Of a DNA stretch of 59,821 nucleotides, positions 9,458-19,098 are shown piece by piece. The notes beneath the pieces are model-generated. The model was not told the origin of the DNA. It did not search any database and saw only the letters and a program-made list of their open reading frames with translations. A program made the translations under genes and the position numbers. The first letter of the stretch is position 1. Every line of letters begins with the position of its first letter. The DNA comes from a virus (Duplodnaviria > Caudoviricetes). The DNA is taken from positions 1 through 59,821 of IMG/VR virus record IMGVR_UViG_3300045996_001015; one strand, 5' to 3'.

Positions 9458-10620
9458 TAGTGGGTTAAATCGGTGTCCACGTTCACGGTGTAATTGGCGT
9501 CACAGTAAGCGTCGTCGATAAGCGGAATTCCAGCCCGTGCGATGTCGGATTGACCATCAATCGCCCATGCGCCCAGCAATTCTTGTTGATACAAATCTTT
9601 GGCTCGCGCTAATGCAGCTGCGCTTGTGTTTCGAACCGATTCAATCTCGAATTCCACGCCGCGCCACATCGGGCTAATCATGCAATCGTCGATGTCGATC
9701 GGGTCGCTGACACGGAACTTCACACCGGAATAAGCCGCGACACTGGCTGAACCGATCGTGAGCGAAGTGGTGCTTGCCACTGCCTTGATCACGAATTCCT
9801 CGGTATATGGCTCTGCGCCGCCAAGTCCATCCGGTGAGGTTGTAGTACTGTCACAAACTCGCAAAACGCTGCCGATCATGCGTGAGCTAAACGACGTTCC
9901 CACGCCGGTCACTGTTGTGCCAGCAGCCGAGATCGAAAGCGTTCCTGTTGTTGATGCCGTTTCCTGTCCAGTCAGTCGCAATGGTCGTGCAGTGCGTCGA
10001 TAGAGAAAGACGTGCGGGGCGTTACTTGATGGCGCAGGATCAACCAGCAGAGCCTTACGGCCATATTTCGGATTCGTGCTACCTGCGATTGTCCAGCGGT
10101 TTGGCGTACCAACAGAAGCATAGTTTCGCTGCTGAGAGAACCAATCTTCTGGTGTAATGTATCCTTGCAGCCAGCCACCTGTGCTTGTGACGATGTACAA
10201 ATCCTGATAGTCGTCCGGCACTGCGTACTGAGCTTGAAATAGCTGATAGGCCGTTCCCGAAGCAATGTTATCGACCGGCGAATTCAACGCGGTGACAACA
10301 AGGTTCGACCCTGAAACACTCTCCACGTCGTACACGTCATTAGCAACGCGAATCTGTCCGTACTTCGCCCAAGATGGCCATGAGCCGCCCGTGATCGCGA
10401 ACGTGCGGGTCGAGGCCGTGTATGCAATCGTGCCGGTATCATAGAGGCCATTGAGATTGACGCGCCCAGCAACGATGTAGTATCGCCATCCGTGATTATT
10501 GGTCGTGAGTCGCTGGTAAGCGTTCAAAATCGCGCGACGGATTCGACTTGTGAGTTGATCGGCTGCCGATCCACCCAAGTAATCCGTTGCGTGTTCGATC
10601 ATGTCGCAGTATGTGAGCAT
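9457..10620 (-). CDS. Head-tail adaptor (P22 gp4 / T7 gp11-like) with inserted beta domains
   Basis: Helical N-terminus (IRRAILNAYQRL), YAVPDDY, GTPNRWTI and LLVDPAPS motifs. Between portal and nozzle. Confidence 0.7.
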   Translation of the reverse strand: MLTYCDMIEHATDYLGGSAADQLTSRIRRAILNAYQRLTTNNHGWRYYIVAGRVNLNGLYDTGTIAYTASTRTFAITGGSWPSWAKYGQIRVANDVYDVESVSGSNLVVTALNSPVDNIASGTAYQLFQAQYAVPDDYQDLYIVTSTGGWLQGYITPEDWFSQQRNYASVGTPNRWTIAGSTNPKYGRKALLVDPAPSSNAPHVFLYRRTARPLRLTGQETASTTGTLSISAAGTTVTGVGTSFSSRMIGSVLRVCDSTTTSPDGLGGAEPYTEEFVIKAVASTTSLTIGSASVAAYSGVKFRVSDPIDIDDCMISPMWRGVEFEIESVRNTSAAALARAKDLYQQELLGAWAIDGQSDIARAGIPLIDDAYCDANYTVNVDTDLTH

Positions 10621-11078
10621 CAGTCCCCCAGTTTCCTTCCGGCCTTTTTCATCTTCTTGACGTATCGCGAGTTATCCATCGGATCACGATCGGGTATTGC
10701 CCGTTGATGTTCGACTACGCCGTGAACGGTTTGGTTGCGAAGCTTGGCGACACTCTTGATATGCCCCTTCGGATCAGCAGACGGGATAAACGCCAGCGGG
10801 TCGCCGATGTCGTAAGCCAAGTTTGGTTCGTAAATGTCGCTGTTCTTTGGCTCGTATCCTTTTTCGCGAGCTGCTTTGATCAGGTGCCGAAACTGTGCAT
10901 CCGTGCCGTTGTAGGAGTCTCTTAGGTTGTGACGGCCAGCCAGGAATTCACGGTCGGTCGTTGCGTCCGGTGCTTTGCGCGTTTGAAGCATCTCGGCAAA
11001 TCGTGCTTGATCTTCCGGTGTGCTTTCCACGCCGACATACTTGCCGTTGACGATCTTTCCGATTGTTTTCGTGATCAT
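10620..11078 (-). CDS. Hypothetical protein downstream of portal
   Basis: Overlapping start/stop codons with both neighbours. Confidence 0.7.
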   Translation of the reverse strand: MITKTIGKIVNGKYVGVESTPEDQARFAEMLQTRKAPDATTDREFLAGRHNLRDSYNGTDAQFRHLIKAAREKGYEPKNSDIYEPNLAYDIGDPLAFIPSADPKGHIKSVAKLRNQTVHGVVEHQRAIPDRDPMDNSRYVKKMKKAGRKLGD

Positions 11079-13054
11079 GCTGCTACTCCATTCATCGGGG
11101 GTGCTTGGGGTTGTCCAGGCGGTATAGGTGCGCCTTGCTGCATTGGTTGTCCGGTTGCAGGATCAATCGGAGCTGGTGGCGGTGGATTCGGTAACATTAC
11201 GTCGCCGACTTTCATGTCATTCGCCTTGCCCCATTCGCGGACTAGCTCGTTGTATGCGTCGAAGTTGCCGAACGTCATTCCGTATTGGAACGCTTGTGGT
11301 GTCAGCATTTGCATTGCTTGACCGATATTCGCCACGTCACGATCTTTGTTTGGCTTGCGAGTTGAGCCAGCTTCGATCGAGACTTCGGCTTCGCGCAGAA
11401 CGTCCTCGACAGGTCGCGACATAATCAAGGTTTGCCAGAGCATTGAGCCGATTTCGCCCATCACTGGTTTGACATCTTCGGCAGTGATAAAAATCTGCGA
11501 GCAAACGCGCTCCATTTTTGCAACTTCTGTTTGCCATTCTTCCACCTTTGTTGCCATGTGGTCGGGTCGAACCGTCAACGCCTGTCGCTTCATAGCAGCG
11601 TCTTCCGCTGTGCGGCTCGTTGCGCCAGGGTTGTTGCCGTAGAGTAATTCCGAGAGCCCTACGCGCTTATCAAACGCCTCGGCGACACGATCAAGGATTT
11701 CGTAAAGATCGCGGTTCAATGGTGGGTGTTGCAGGAATTGAATCACTGCGCGAGGATCGGCGATTTCAAGCGGAATTCCGAAGACGGAGAGGTCCGTTCC
11801 GTTCTTCATCAATTCTTCAACTTTGTCTCGCATTGCTTCTGGGCAAGCAACGAAGTCTCGCGACGAACTGATAATGCGGTTCGGCAGAAAGCTCATGATC
11901 ACATTCATGAATTGCAGCTCAGCCATGCCAGGCGTGAGCGGAGCCATCGGCCAGCAGCTTCCAGGGACTTTGTTGAAGTCCAGCATCGCGACCGGCCAGC
12001 GTCCATCTTTCCAGTACGGAATTGGCCATGCGAAACGAGCCTTTAAGTCGTCTGAAGTGACAGGCTGTTCCGGTTTATCGAACACGTCATTTGGGCAATT
12101 GAAAACAACGTCGGCTTCGCAATCGGGAATCACGATAAACGCATGGTCGCCGACTATTTCATCAAGAGTTTTCAGTTCGGCGATTTGTTCATTGCTGTTA
12201 GCCAGCCGCGTTCCAACGCCACCATTGGAGTAGATTTTCCAGTAGACGATGCTGTCGAACGATTCACCGAGGTTTTTGCGAACGCCCTCTTCGTCGCGAG
12301 CCTTAGAATTCTCCGAGACTCCGTTCAAGGTGGACTTGAGAGCGTACTTCTTCGCCATTTCTTCCGTCACACCATACTGCTTATACTTCTTGACGAATTC
12401 CCACACGGAATGAACGCAGCGAATTGCAATCCATGATGCGCTCCATTCGGTTTCTGCATCGGGATCAATCACGAGGTCGTAAGGATTCAGGTAGAAGCCA
12501 CCAGTAAGCGTTCTCTCGCTCTCTGGGAATCGGTAGGGTTCGACAGTCAAGCAACCGCGTCCCTTCACTAGAGCGTCGATCGTAGCGAGTTCAGAGTGTC
12601 CTTTGAGTCCACCGCCAGCCTGTTCGCCAGGAGTGTAGTTCAACCACAATCCTTCGAGTCGTGAGACAAGATCGGATCGCTGCCGCTCGGCCTGCATTTG
12701 CATCTCGACTTGCTGCGCTTGCATTACGTCAGCCACGCCAAGAAACTGCATGTCGTTCGGGCCAAGTTCGAGCTTATCCTTCGACTTCACCGTGCGAGTC
12801 GGATTCTGCCAGAACAATGACGGGCCGTAGAGTGCAACGAATTCAAACGCCTTGGCGATCGTGAAATGAAACTTTGGTTTCACGCCGTTTTTGTTGTACT
12901 TTTCGGCGTGTTTGTCCTCCCACATCCATCCAGCAGCACCAGCAAAGAAGAGTTCGCATTGGCGCGCGTTGTCCAGCCAGGCTTTTCGTTTCTCGATGCC
13001 TTTTGTGATCTTCTCGCGCCATGCCTTGGCGATTGGTGCTAGTCGTTGACTCAT
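11075..13054 (-). CDS. Portal protein
   Basis: About 660 aa after the terminase. ATSRTAED motif, Pro/Gln-rich C-terminal tail, and ATG 13054 overlapping the upstream TGA. Confidence 0.8.
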   Translation of the reverse strand: MSQRLAPIAKAWREKITKGIEKRKAWLDNARQCELFFAGAAGWMWEDKHAEKYNKNGVKPKFHFTIAKAFEFVALYGPSLFWQNPTRTVKSKDKLELGPNDMQFLGVADVMQAQQVEMQMQAERQRSDLVSRLEGLWLNYTPGEQAGGGLKGHSELATIDALVKGRGCLTVEPYRFPESERTLTGGFYLNPYDLVIDPDAETEWSASWIAIRCVHSVWEFVKKYKQYGVTEEMAKKYALKSTLNGVSENSKARDEEGVRKNLGESFDSIVYWKIYSNGGVGTRLANSNEQIAELKTLDEIVGDHAFIVIPDCEADVVFNCPNDVFDKPEQPVTSDDLKARFAWPIPYWKDGRWPVAMLDFNKVPGSCWPMAPLTPGMAELQFMNVIMSFLPNRIISSSRDFVACPEAMRDKVEELMKNGTDLSVFGIPLEIADPRAVIQFLQHPPLNRDLYEILDRVAEAFDKRVGLSELLYGNNPGATSRTAEDAAMKRQALTVRPDHMATKVEEWQTEVAKMERVCSQIFITAEDVKPVMGEIGSMLWQTLIMSRPVEDVLREAEVSIEAGSTRKPNKDRDVANIGQAMQMLTPQAFQYGMTFGNFDAYNELVREWGKANDMKVGDVMLPNPPPPAPIDPATGQPMQQGAPIPPGQPQAPPMNGVAA

Positions 13055-13356
13055 GATTTTTTGAACTCGTTTCGAAATGCCCATGTCGCTGACGTTGCAA
13101 TGCGAGCAGGGTACGTTTCAAAAAGTTTGTCTTTCCAGTGAACTGCACCGTCGATCGCCATGTGACCGGCCATTGTGCTGCCCGCCAGTTGCAATGCGTA
13201 ACCGCCGCAAATCTTCTGAACGATCAGCGGGATAGGGTCTGGGCCGCCGCGATTGTTAGCTTTCCAGCAATAAACGATGTCGCCTACGCGCATGTCTTGT
13301 AATTGTTTTTGAAATCGGGCGTTTGCTGCTGAGTCAGCTTTAGGATCGTCGGACAT
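13051..13356 (-). CDS. Hypothetical protein between terminase and portal
   Basis: MRVGDIVY SH3-like start. Operonic position. Confidence 0.65.
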   Translation of the reverse strand: MSDDPKADSAANARFQKQLQDMRVGDIVYCWKANNRGGPDPIPLIVQKICGGYALQLAGSTMAGHMAIDGAVHWKDKLFETYPARIATSATWAFRNEFKKS

Positions 13357-13362
13357 ATAACC

Positions 13363-15021
13363 TCATCGGGGTAAGGAGCTGGCCGCTGGGCCAAGGGTAA
13401 TTGCTTTCTGATTCAACTCTTCGCCGAACAGTTTTAGGTACAGTTCGTGTGAAGGGTTCGGAACCTCAAGCGGTCGGGGTGGAACGTAGTACGGGGCTGA
13501 TGCGGCGAGGTACGCCAACGCATCTTGTGCATGATTGTTTGCTGCAATCGGTTGATCGACTGCGAGCTTCCCCGCGCCGATTCTCCGCTTGTAGAGCGCG
13601 AATTCTCGCACAAGGTTGGGGCATGCTCCAAGGCAAAATCTTAACGTCGGGCCAAGGGCGGGTCGCTCGGCTAGCCACTCGCGCACAGTTGACGTTCTGG
13701 CCGCGATATTGTCGCTTCCACGGGTAAAAGCACTGCCGGTCATAATCGACTTGATTCCAGCCGCTTCAAAGGCCCGAACGTACTGCAAATAGATCGATTC
13801 GCCCGATCCGGCCTGCGTCACACGCGAACCGTGATCATCGATAATGAACGACTGGAACACATGGCTGCCCATTTTCTTCTTGACTTCGCGCGCCAAGATG
13901 CTGGCCGAGCAGTTTTTGATGTAAAGTTCGTCGTAGATGACGACGAACTTACCAACGTCGGGTGGTGGAACGGCTGCAAAGATCGCGGCACAAGTAGAAA
14001 ATCCAGGGTCGACCGAGATATACCGCGTCCAGCCATCGGGAACGCCGTTTGCGCAGTGAAGTTCGATCAAGTCGGACTCTTTGTTGCCGTATCGTGGCAG
14101 CCCGTGAATCTCTTTGCTGAACTGCGGATACATCAAAACCGAGTCGGTCGAGTATTCACCGAAGATGCGGGCTCGCTGCTCTTCCTCGGTCATGCCCTCC
14201 ATGTTTTTGCGCAATTCGTCGCGGTCGATATGCAGGTTGTCCATCTGGGTTAAGATGAACTCTTGCACGTCGGGGTTTTCACGGTCTTTCTGCTCTTCTG
14301 CCCGCGCGCTGATCTTCATCATTTCATCGTTCTGCATCTTCGGAAACGCAGTCCAGATCAGCTCACCCTTGCGGTCAGCGAGCCGCGATTCCATTTCCCG
14401 CGCCCAAGCAGGGTTATAGAGATCCTCATCAATGAGAATGAAGTCCACCGGATCGCCCATTGCCGGTTCAGCCATCGAGCCATAAGCGCGAATCTCCGTC
14501 CCGTTCATCGGGTGGTCTTTTCCGATATGCAACTTCACGACCGAGAATACATTCTCTTTCTTGTTATCCCAGCCCATGCTGTCGGGAACGATGAATTCTT
14601 GTGGGATGTACGGCGGTGCCAGCTCCGATTCCGCTTCACGGCCAGCATCTTCCTTCGTCCACGACTTAAATGTGCGCCACTTGCCGGTTGCTTTATCTTG
14701 AATGATCCTGAACGCGCCAGGCTTGAAGAGAAGACGATGAGCAACACGACCTATTGTGTCAGCATCATACGCGACGATGTAAATGAGAAGTGGCCGGTCA
14801 TTCGCGATACGCTTACGAGGATCGACGCCGGTAGCAATGCGAGCTAATTGTAGATAGCCGGTCACGCTCTTGCCTGCTCGATTACCTCCGCGTAGCAAGC
14901 GAATCTTGGCTCGGCTTTTCAGGAATCGTTCTTGTTCGGGCGTACCTTCATACAACAACAGTGGATTTTTAGCCCGCCTGTTTTCTTCGTTAATCAGTTG
15001 TTGTAGGCGTTCCTTGCTCAC
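13363..15021 (-). CDS. terL: Terminase large subunit
   Basis: Walker A GGNRAGKS, Walker B FILIDE, RNase H-like nuclease SVDPG ... NHAQDALAY. Confidence 0.92.
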   Translation of the reverse strand: MSKERLQQLINEENRRAKNPLLLYEGTPEQERFLKSRAKIRLLRGGNRAGKSVTGYLQLARIATGVDPRKRIANDRPLLIYIVAYDADTIGRVAHRLLFKPGAFRIIQDKATGKWRTFKSWTKEDAGREAESELAPPYIPQEFIVPDSMGWDNKKENVFSVVKLHIGKDHPMNGTEIRAYGSMAEPAMGDPVDFILIDEDLYNPAWAREMESRLADRKGELIWTAFPKMQNDEMMKISARAEEQKDRENPDVQEFILTQMDNLHIDRDELRKNMEGMTEEEQRARIFGEYSTDSVLMYPQFSKEIHGLPRYGNKESDLIELHCANGVPDGWTRYISVDPGFSTCAAIFAAVPPPDVGKFVVIYDELYIKNCSASILAREVKKKMGSHVFQSFIIDDHGSRVTQAGSGESIYLQYVRAFEAAGIKSIMTGSAFTRGSDNIAARTSTVREWLAERPALGPTLRFCLGACPNLVREFALYKRRIGAGKLAVDQPIAANNHAQDALAYLAASAPYYVPPRPLEVPNPSHELYLKLFGEELNQKAITLGPAASSLPR

Positions 15022-15604
15022 TTTCGATCACAATCCCAGCTTCTTGCTTGATGAATCCCATGACCATTTCCAGCGTTTCGTTTGACCGATCCTCGGCCAC
15101 CATTTGCAATAAGAGCATCATCTTCTCGGTTCGTAGTTGGTCGTCGGTAAGGCTTGCTACGTCCGGCGCGGTCGCTCTGTGAATGGTGCTGGCTTGAATG
15201 ATGTTCGTGATCGATCGGCAGGCATCGAGAACCTTCTTGCCGCCAGGGTCGTTCACCGAAGCCAAAACAACTTGGTCGTAGTAAAACTGTGCAAAGCCGT
15301 TCGAGCCGCCGAACTTCACTAACAACGATTCCAAGAACTCGCTGATATGCGGTGCATTGATCGGCTGCGCTAGCTTGCTCACCCCCGCGTGAAACTCGGC
15401 GATCTGCTTCTCGGTCTTCTTCTTGATGAGGGCTTCAACTTGCTCGCGCTTCCGACACTTGCCGCACAAATTGCTTGACCGCTGATGCGATCCGCTCTTT
15501 GGAAACTCGCTTAACGGAAACGCTCTCGCGCATCCCAGACAAATCTTCTCGTCGAGAATGGACAGCTCGGCAGTTGGTTCATTAGTTGGCATGACAGTTT
15601 TCAA
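14990..15604 (-). CDS. Putative terminase small subunit with N-terminal zinc finger
   Basis: Immediately upstream of and overlapping terL. CLGC...CGKC, and a C-terminal SLTDDQL motif. Confidence 0.5.
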   Translation of the reverse strand: MKTVMPTNEPTAELSILDEKICLGCARAFPLSEFPKSGSHQRSSNLCGKCRKREQVEALIKKKTEKQIAEFHAGVSKLAQPINAPHISEFLESLLVKFGGSNGFAQFYYDQVVLASVNDPGGKKVLDACRSITNIIQASTIHRATAPDVASLTDDQLRTEKMMLLLQMVAEDRSNETLEMVMGFIKQEAGIVIESEQGTPTTTD

Positions 15605-17159
15605 TTGGTGCGAACCAAACGGCGGTTCCTGCGAGTTGTGGACTGTCGATCAATTCGTCAACCGCCTCTTTCACGCCAATGAACGTGCTGCCGTAGTCGT
15701 GGCCAGCAATGATTCCGCTCGGGTTGACCAATTTTGACCACGCCTCGATATCTTCTTTGACTTCCTTGTAGGTGTGACCAGCATCGATGTAGACAAGGTC
15801 GATGCCGCGAGGGAAATAAAAGCGGTCAGCGGCAGTCAGTGATTCGATTCTGTATGGGGAGACGCGACCTGTTGCGATGTTCTTTTCGCCGACATTTGCT
15901 TTCCAACGACTGAATAATGCATCAGGGCCGCCAAGATGCTCGACCATTCGTTTTGTGATGTCGTATTCAGCACCTTGGAAGTGATCGACGCAGTAAAGAT
16001 TTGCTTCGAGCCCCATACTTTCGACAATCGTTTTACTTCCAACGCCGTCAAAGCAACCGACTTCCACAATCACTGCATTAGGCTTGTTTTTGACAGTCAA
16101 TCGAACGAGTTCGGCCAATGCCTGTCGATCTTCTTTCGACCCGTTGACCTCTTCGCCATTGTCGAGTGCTTTTTCCAGCACTCGCATATGCGCCAGCTTC
16201 CGCTCTGGCGTTTTCTGTTCGTAACTCGCTCTCGCGGGGCTCATGTCATGCGAACCAATTGCAACGACTTCGCCGAATTCCCTCGGATCGATGCTGTGCT
16301 TGATCGAGACGTAGGTTTGACGCTCGTCGCTCTGGTAGCCGTCTGCGAGTGCTTCGGCGAACTTGTCCTTCACCTTGTCGGCGGTCATTGGACGTGGTTT
16401 ACGCACGCCTATCGGCTTCCAGTGCTTCGCCCAGCTATTCCAGGCACAAAAGACGGGGTTGTAGCCAAGAATCTGTTGGCCGGCTAACGAGAGATCGCGA
16501 GTTTGCGTCACATCTTCCGTGCTGGACTTGTACGCTTGATATTTGTCAGTCCATTCGTAGTAGAACCACGGCTTTGAGTTCGCATCTCTTGGCTCGGTCA
16601 ACTCGAAGCATCGCATGTCGTACATGATCAGCCCTGTTGGAGCTGCTGCGATCGGAGTGATGCCTGTCATCATGCCCGCATGAGCGCGAGTGTACGCATC
16701 GAGCTTAAAGTTTCCGTCAACTTGATCGTTGTTGTAGTTGTCCCACTGAAAGACGTAGACATTTTCGTTCGGTGGTGGGCCGCAATAAGGTGCTGCAACA
16801 CAGACCGGTCCTTTCATCCAGTGGTTGTAAAGGAACTCGAAGGCCACTTCAAAGAACGGTTTCGCTTCGGGATCGGTGCCGAGTTCGGAGTCCGGCCCCA
16901 TATCGCTATCGATCATGACCAGCACGTCTACCTTATTCTCTCGCGCTTTCAAGACAGCCTGATTGCGAGTCATCGTGATTGGCGTATCGGCAAGGTCGAA
17001 GTGGCCGATTTCAGAAATGCGAGGGTCTTTTTGAGCCTTGCAGATTGTTTGAATCATCCAGTCGCGAACGTCAGGATGTTCGGACTTCATTCCGCCATTG
17101 CCACCATAAGAGAACGTGGCAATACCTACCTTCAAGCGCATTTGCTCTGGCATCTTCAT
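15582..17159 (-). CDS. GT-A glycosyltransferase-like domain fused to a class I SAM methyltransferase (Methyltransf_24-like)
   Basis: ITMTRNQAV, LVMIDSD (DxD) and PTGLIMYD in the N-terminal half. VEVGCFDG, YCVDHF, YIDAGHTY and IIAGHDY in the C-terminal half. Confidence 0.8.
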   Translation of the reverse strand: MKMPEQMRLKVGIATFSYGGNGGMKSEHPDVRDWMIQTICKAQKDPRISEIGHFDLADTPITMTRNQAVLKARENKVDVLVMIDSDMGPDSELGTDPEAKPFFEVAFEFLYNHWMKGPVCVAAPYCGPPPNENVYVFQWDNYNNDQVDGNFKLDAYTRAHAGMMTGITPIAAAPTGLIMYDMRCFELTEPRDANSKPWFYYEWTDKYQAYKSSTEDVTQTRDLSLAGQQILGYNPVFCAWNSWAKHWKPIGVRKPRPMTADKVKDKFAEALADGYQSDERQTYVSIKHSIDPREFGEVVAIGSHDMSPARASYEQKTPERKLAHMRVLEKALDNGEEVNGSKEDRQALAELVRLTVKNKPNAVIVEVGCFDGVGSKTIVESMGLEANLYCVDHFQGAEYDITKRMVEHLGGPDALFSRWKANVGEKNIATGRVSPYRIESLTAADRFYFPRGIDLVYIDAGHTYKEVKEDIEAWSKLVNPSGIIAGHDYGSTFIGVKEAVDELIDSPQLAGTAVWFAPIENCHAN

Positions 17160-17200
17160 ACCTATCGGGGTTAGGGTAAAGTTATTTCTGAGTGCATCGG

Positions 17201-17234
17201 AAAAAATGACAGGGGCCGGGAAAGCCCCCGTCAT
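17201..17234 (-). terminator. Rho-independent terminator after the capsid genes
   Basis: Minus strand reads ATGACGGGGGC-TTTCCCG-GCCCCTGTCAT followed by TTTTT. Confidence 0.8.
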
Positions 17235-17268
17235 CCCCGATTTGGGGCGCACCCAAAAATCAAATAAA

Positions 17269-17919
17269 CTAGCGAGGGATTTTCATGTTCACGAGCGTGT
17301 CAGTGCTGGTCTCGCCACTCGTGCGAGCCGTGATCACTTCCGCGATGGAATTCAGAACGTAGTTCTTGGCTGTTCCGTCAGTTGCCTGTGTTGCACTCCA
17401 AGTCGCTGGAAGAGCTTGGAAGCGTCCAGCTTGATTACCGGCAGTTGTCGTCGTGGCATTTGCAGCCGTGTCGGTTACTGCACAGAGATCATCGCCAGCA
17501 GCCCAAGTCGTGAGACCGAACGCCGCACCCGTCTTAGGAGTCTTGACAATGCACGGCCCTTCTTCGACAAGGTGAAACAAGTCACCGTCTGGAACGCCGG
17601 ACGAACCAAGATACGGATCGACCACACCGGCAACGTCAGCTCCATCGAGCCGAGAGTAGCCGTCCACACGCTTGCGCTTCACGCTGTACTTGACCGCGTA
17701 CTTGCCTTGCAAAACAACACCGGCACAGTTGCGCACGATGCGAGTTTTGATCAGTTGCGAGGATCGCGTTTTTGTGAGGTTTGAAGGATCGAGATCAATA
17801 CAAACACATTCTCGACCTTCCAGTTTTTGCAATGGGACGCTGGCATAGCTACTCGAAACATCGAGTGTTTGACCGGCGAACGCAGTTGTCCCCATTGGGA
17901 ACGGATTTGTGTTAATCAT
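17269..17919 (-). CDS. Putative capsid decoration/cement protein
   Basis: Directly after the MCP and before a terminator. GVPDGDLFHLVEEGPC motif. Confidence 0.6.
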   Translation of the reverse strand: MINTNPFPMGTTAFAGQTLDVSSSYASVPLQKLEGRECVCIDLDPSNLTKTRSSQLIKTRIVRNCAGVVLQGKYAVKYSVKRKRVDGYSRLDGADVAGVVDPYLGSSGVPDGDLFHLVEEGPCIVKTPKTGAAFGLTTWAAGDDLCAVTDTAANATTTTAGNQAGRFQALPATWSATQATDGTAKNYVLNSIAEVITARTSGETSTDTLVNMKIPR

Positions 17920-17969
17920 TTTGTCATCCTTGATTGTTATGAAACGGTGAGTGTCGAAAGCGCCATCGA

Positions 17970-19079
17970 CTAGGCGTAGTTTTTGATCTTGAACACGTTG
18001 CGAGGGTTGTAGACCATGTTTCCCCAGACGCTGACGCTGAACACGTCAGCAACCACGCCCGGATCGTAGGTTGGCCCAATCGCCTTGTAGAACTCTGGAC
18101 CCCAAATACCAAACCATTCGGTTTCGAGGTTGTGTCCGTAGACAGAGTTAGCTGGAACGCCAAACTCGCTCGAAAGCATCATGCCTTCAAACAGAATTGA
18201 TTCAGGGAAGCCAAGATCCTCAGCCTCTTTGTATGGAGCCCAGATTTGTTGCTTAGCAGATTCTTTGTTCTTGAATCCGTTGAGCATTCCGACATCCATC
18301 GTTGCGAGATCGAGCTTGCCGGTTCCGGCTGCAACCGTATCGCAAACCGTCTTGCCATAACGCAAAGAGTATTCGCAGTTCGCAGCCCAGGTTGTGAGTC
18401 CACCAGGCCATGAGTTACTGGACCAATTGATTAGTTTTGGAGCTAACCAGTCGTAAGAGGCCGATCCGCTTCCTTCTGGCCAATCAGTAGCAATCGCGGC
18501 ATTTGGCTTGGTGGCCTTGTCGGCAGACCATGTTCCGGCGATGGCACCAAGGTTAGTTTGGTGGCCCATGTAGGTGTCGCTCGGCTGTGCAACGATGTCG
18601 GCAGTTACGACCGTTCCAACGCCTGTGAAGGAATCGAAACCGTGGAAATCCGTTTGGTCGCCAGCGTTACCATCAATGTAGAGTTGGGTTCGCATCGCGA
18701 CTTCAACATCGCCCTTAAGTCGCTCGGTCATGCCACCAACGATTTTGATAATGGCTTCTGTGCCAGTGTTTTTCAGCTTCTCGCCTTCCGTGATCGAATC
18801 AGGTGCGAGGATGTGACGTTGTGGAATCTCAAGGGTCCGCCAACGATCGACAGGGCTGTAAACGACCGGCGATCCATCAGCGCGAGTCGTAGCTTGCCCA
18901 TCGGCGAAGCGAACTTTTTGCTCAAGATATTTACCAGTTTGGCCCGTTTTGATACGTCCACGCTTGCGAAGAAGCGACAAGTACAGAGACTTGCGCATCG
19001 TGTTGTTGATTTCAGCGGGCGAGTTCAGAAACTTCTGTGCCGTTGTATTGGCAATTCTGTTTGTGTCGTAAATCGGCAT
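17970..19079 (-). CDS. Major capsid protein
   Basis: 369 aa. N-terminus (IANTTAQKF...LSLLRKRGRIK) and C-terminal VWGNMVYNPR resemble a widespread podoviral HK97-fold MCP family. Follows the scaffold. Confidence 0.8.
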   Translation of the reverse strand: MPIYDTNRIANTTAQKFLNSPAEINNTMRKSLYLSLLRKRGRIKTGQTGKYLEQKVRFADGQATTRADGSPVVYSPVDRWRTLEIPQRHILAPDSITEGEKLKNTGTEAIIKIVGGMTERLKGDVEVAMRTQLYIDGNAGDQTDFHGFDSFTGVGTVVTADIVAQPSDTYMGHQTNLGAIAGTWSADKATKPNAAIATDWPEGSGSASYDWLAPKLINWSSNSWPGGLTTWAANCEYSLRYGKTVCDTVAAGTGKLDLATMDVGMLNGFKNKESAKQQIWAPYKEAEDLGFPESILFEGMMLSSEFGVPANSVYGHNLETEWFGIWGPEFYKAIGPTYDPGVVADVFSVSVWGNMVYNPRNVFKIKNYA

Positions 19080-19098
19080 GGTGATTCAATCCTTTGAA

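Noticed and set aside
15582-17252. 556-aa start for the GT-MTase
   Set aside because: The extension runs through the terminator hairpin at 17201-17234, so a start at 17159 or 17153 is more plausible.
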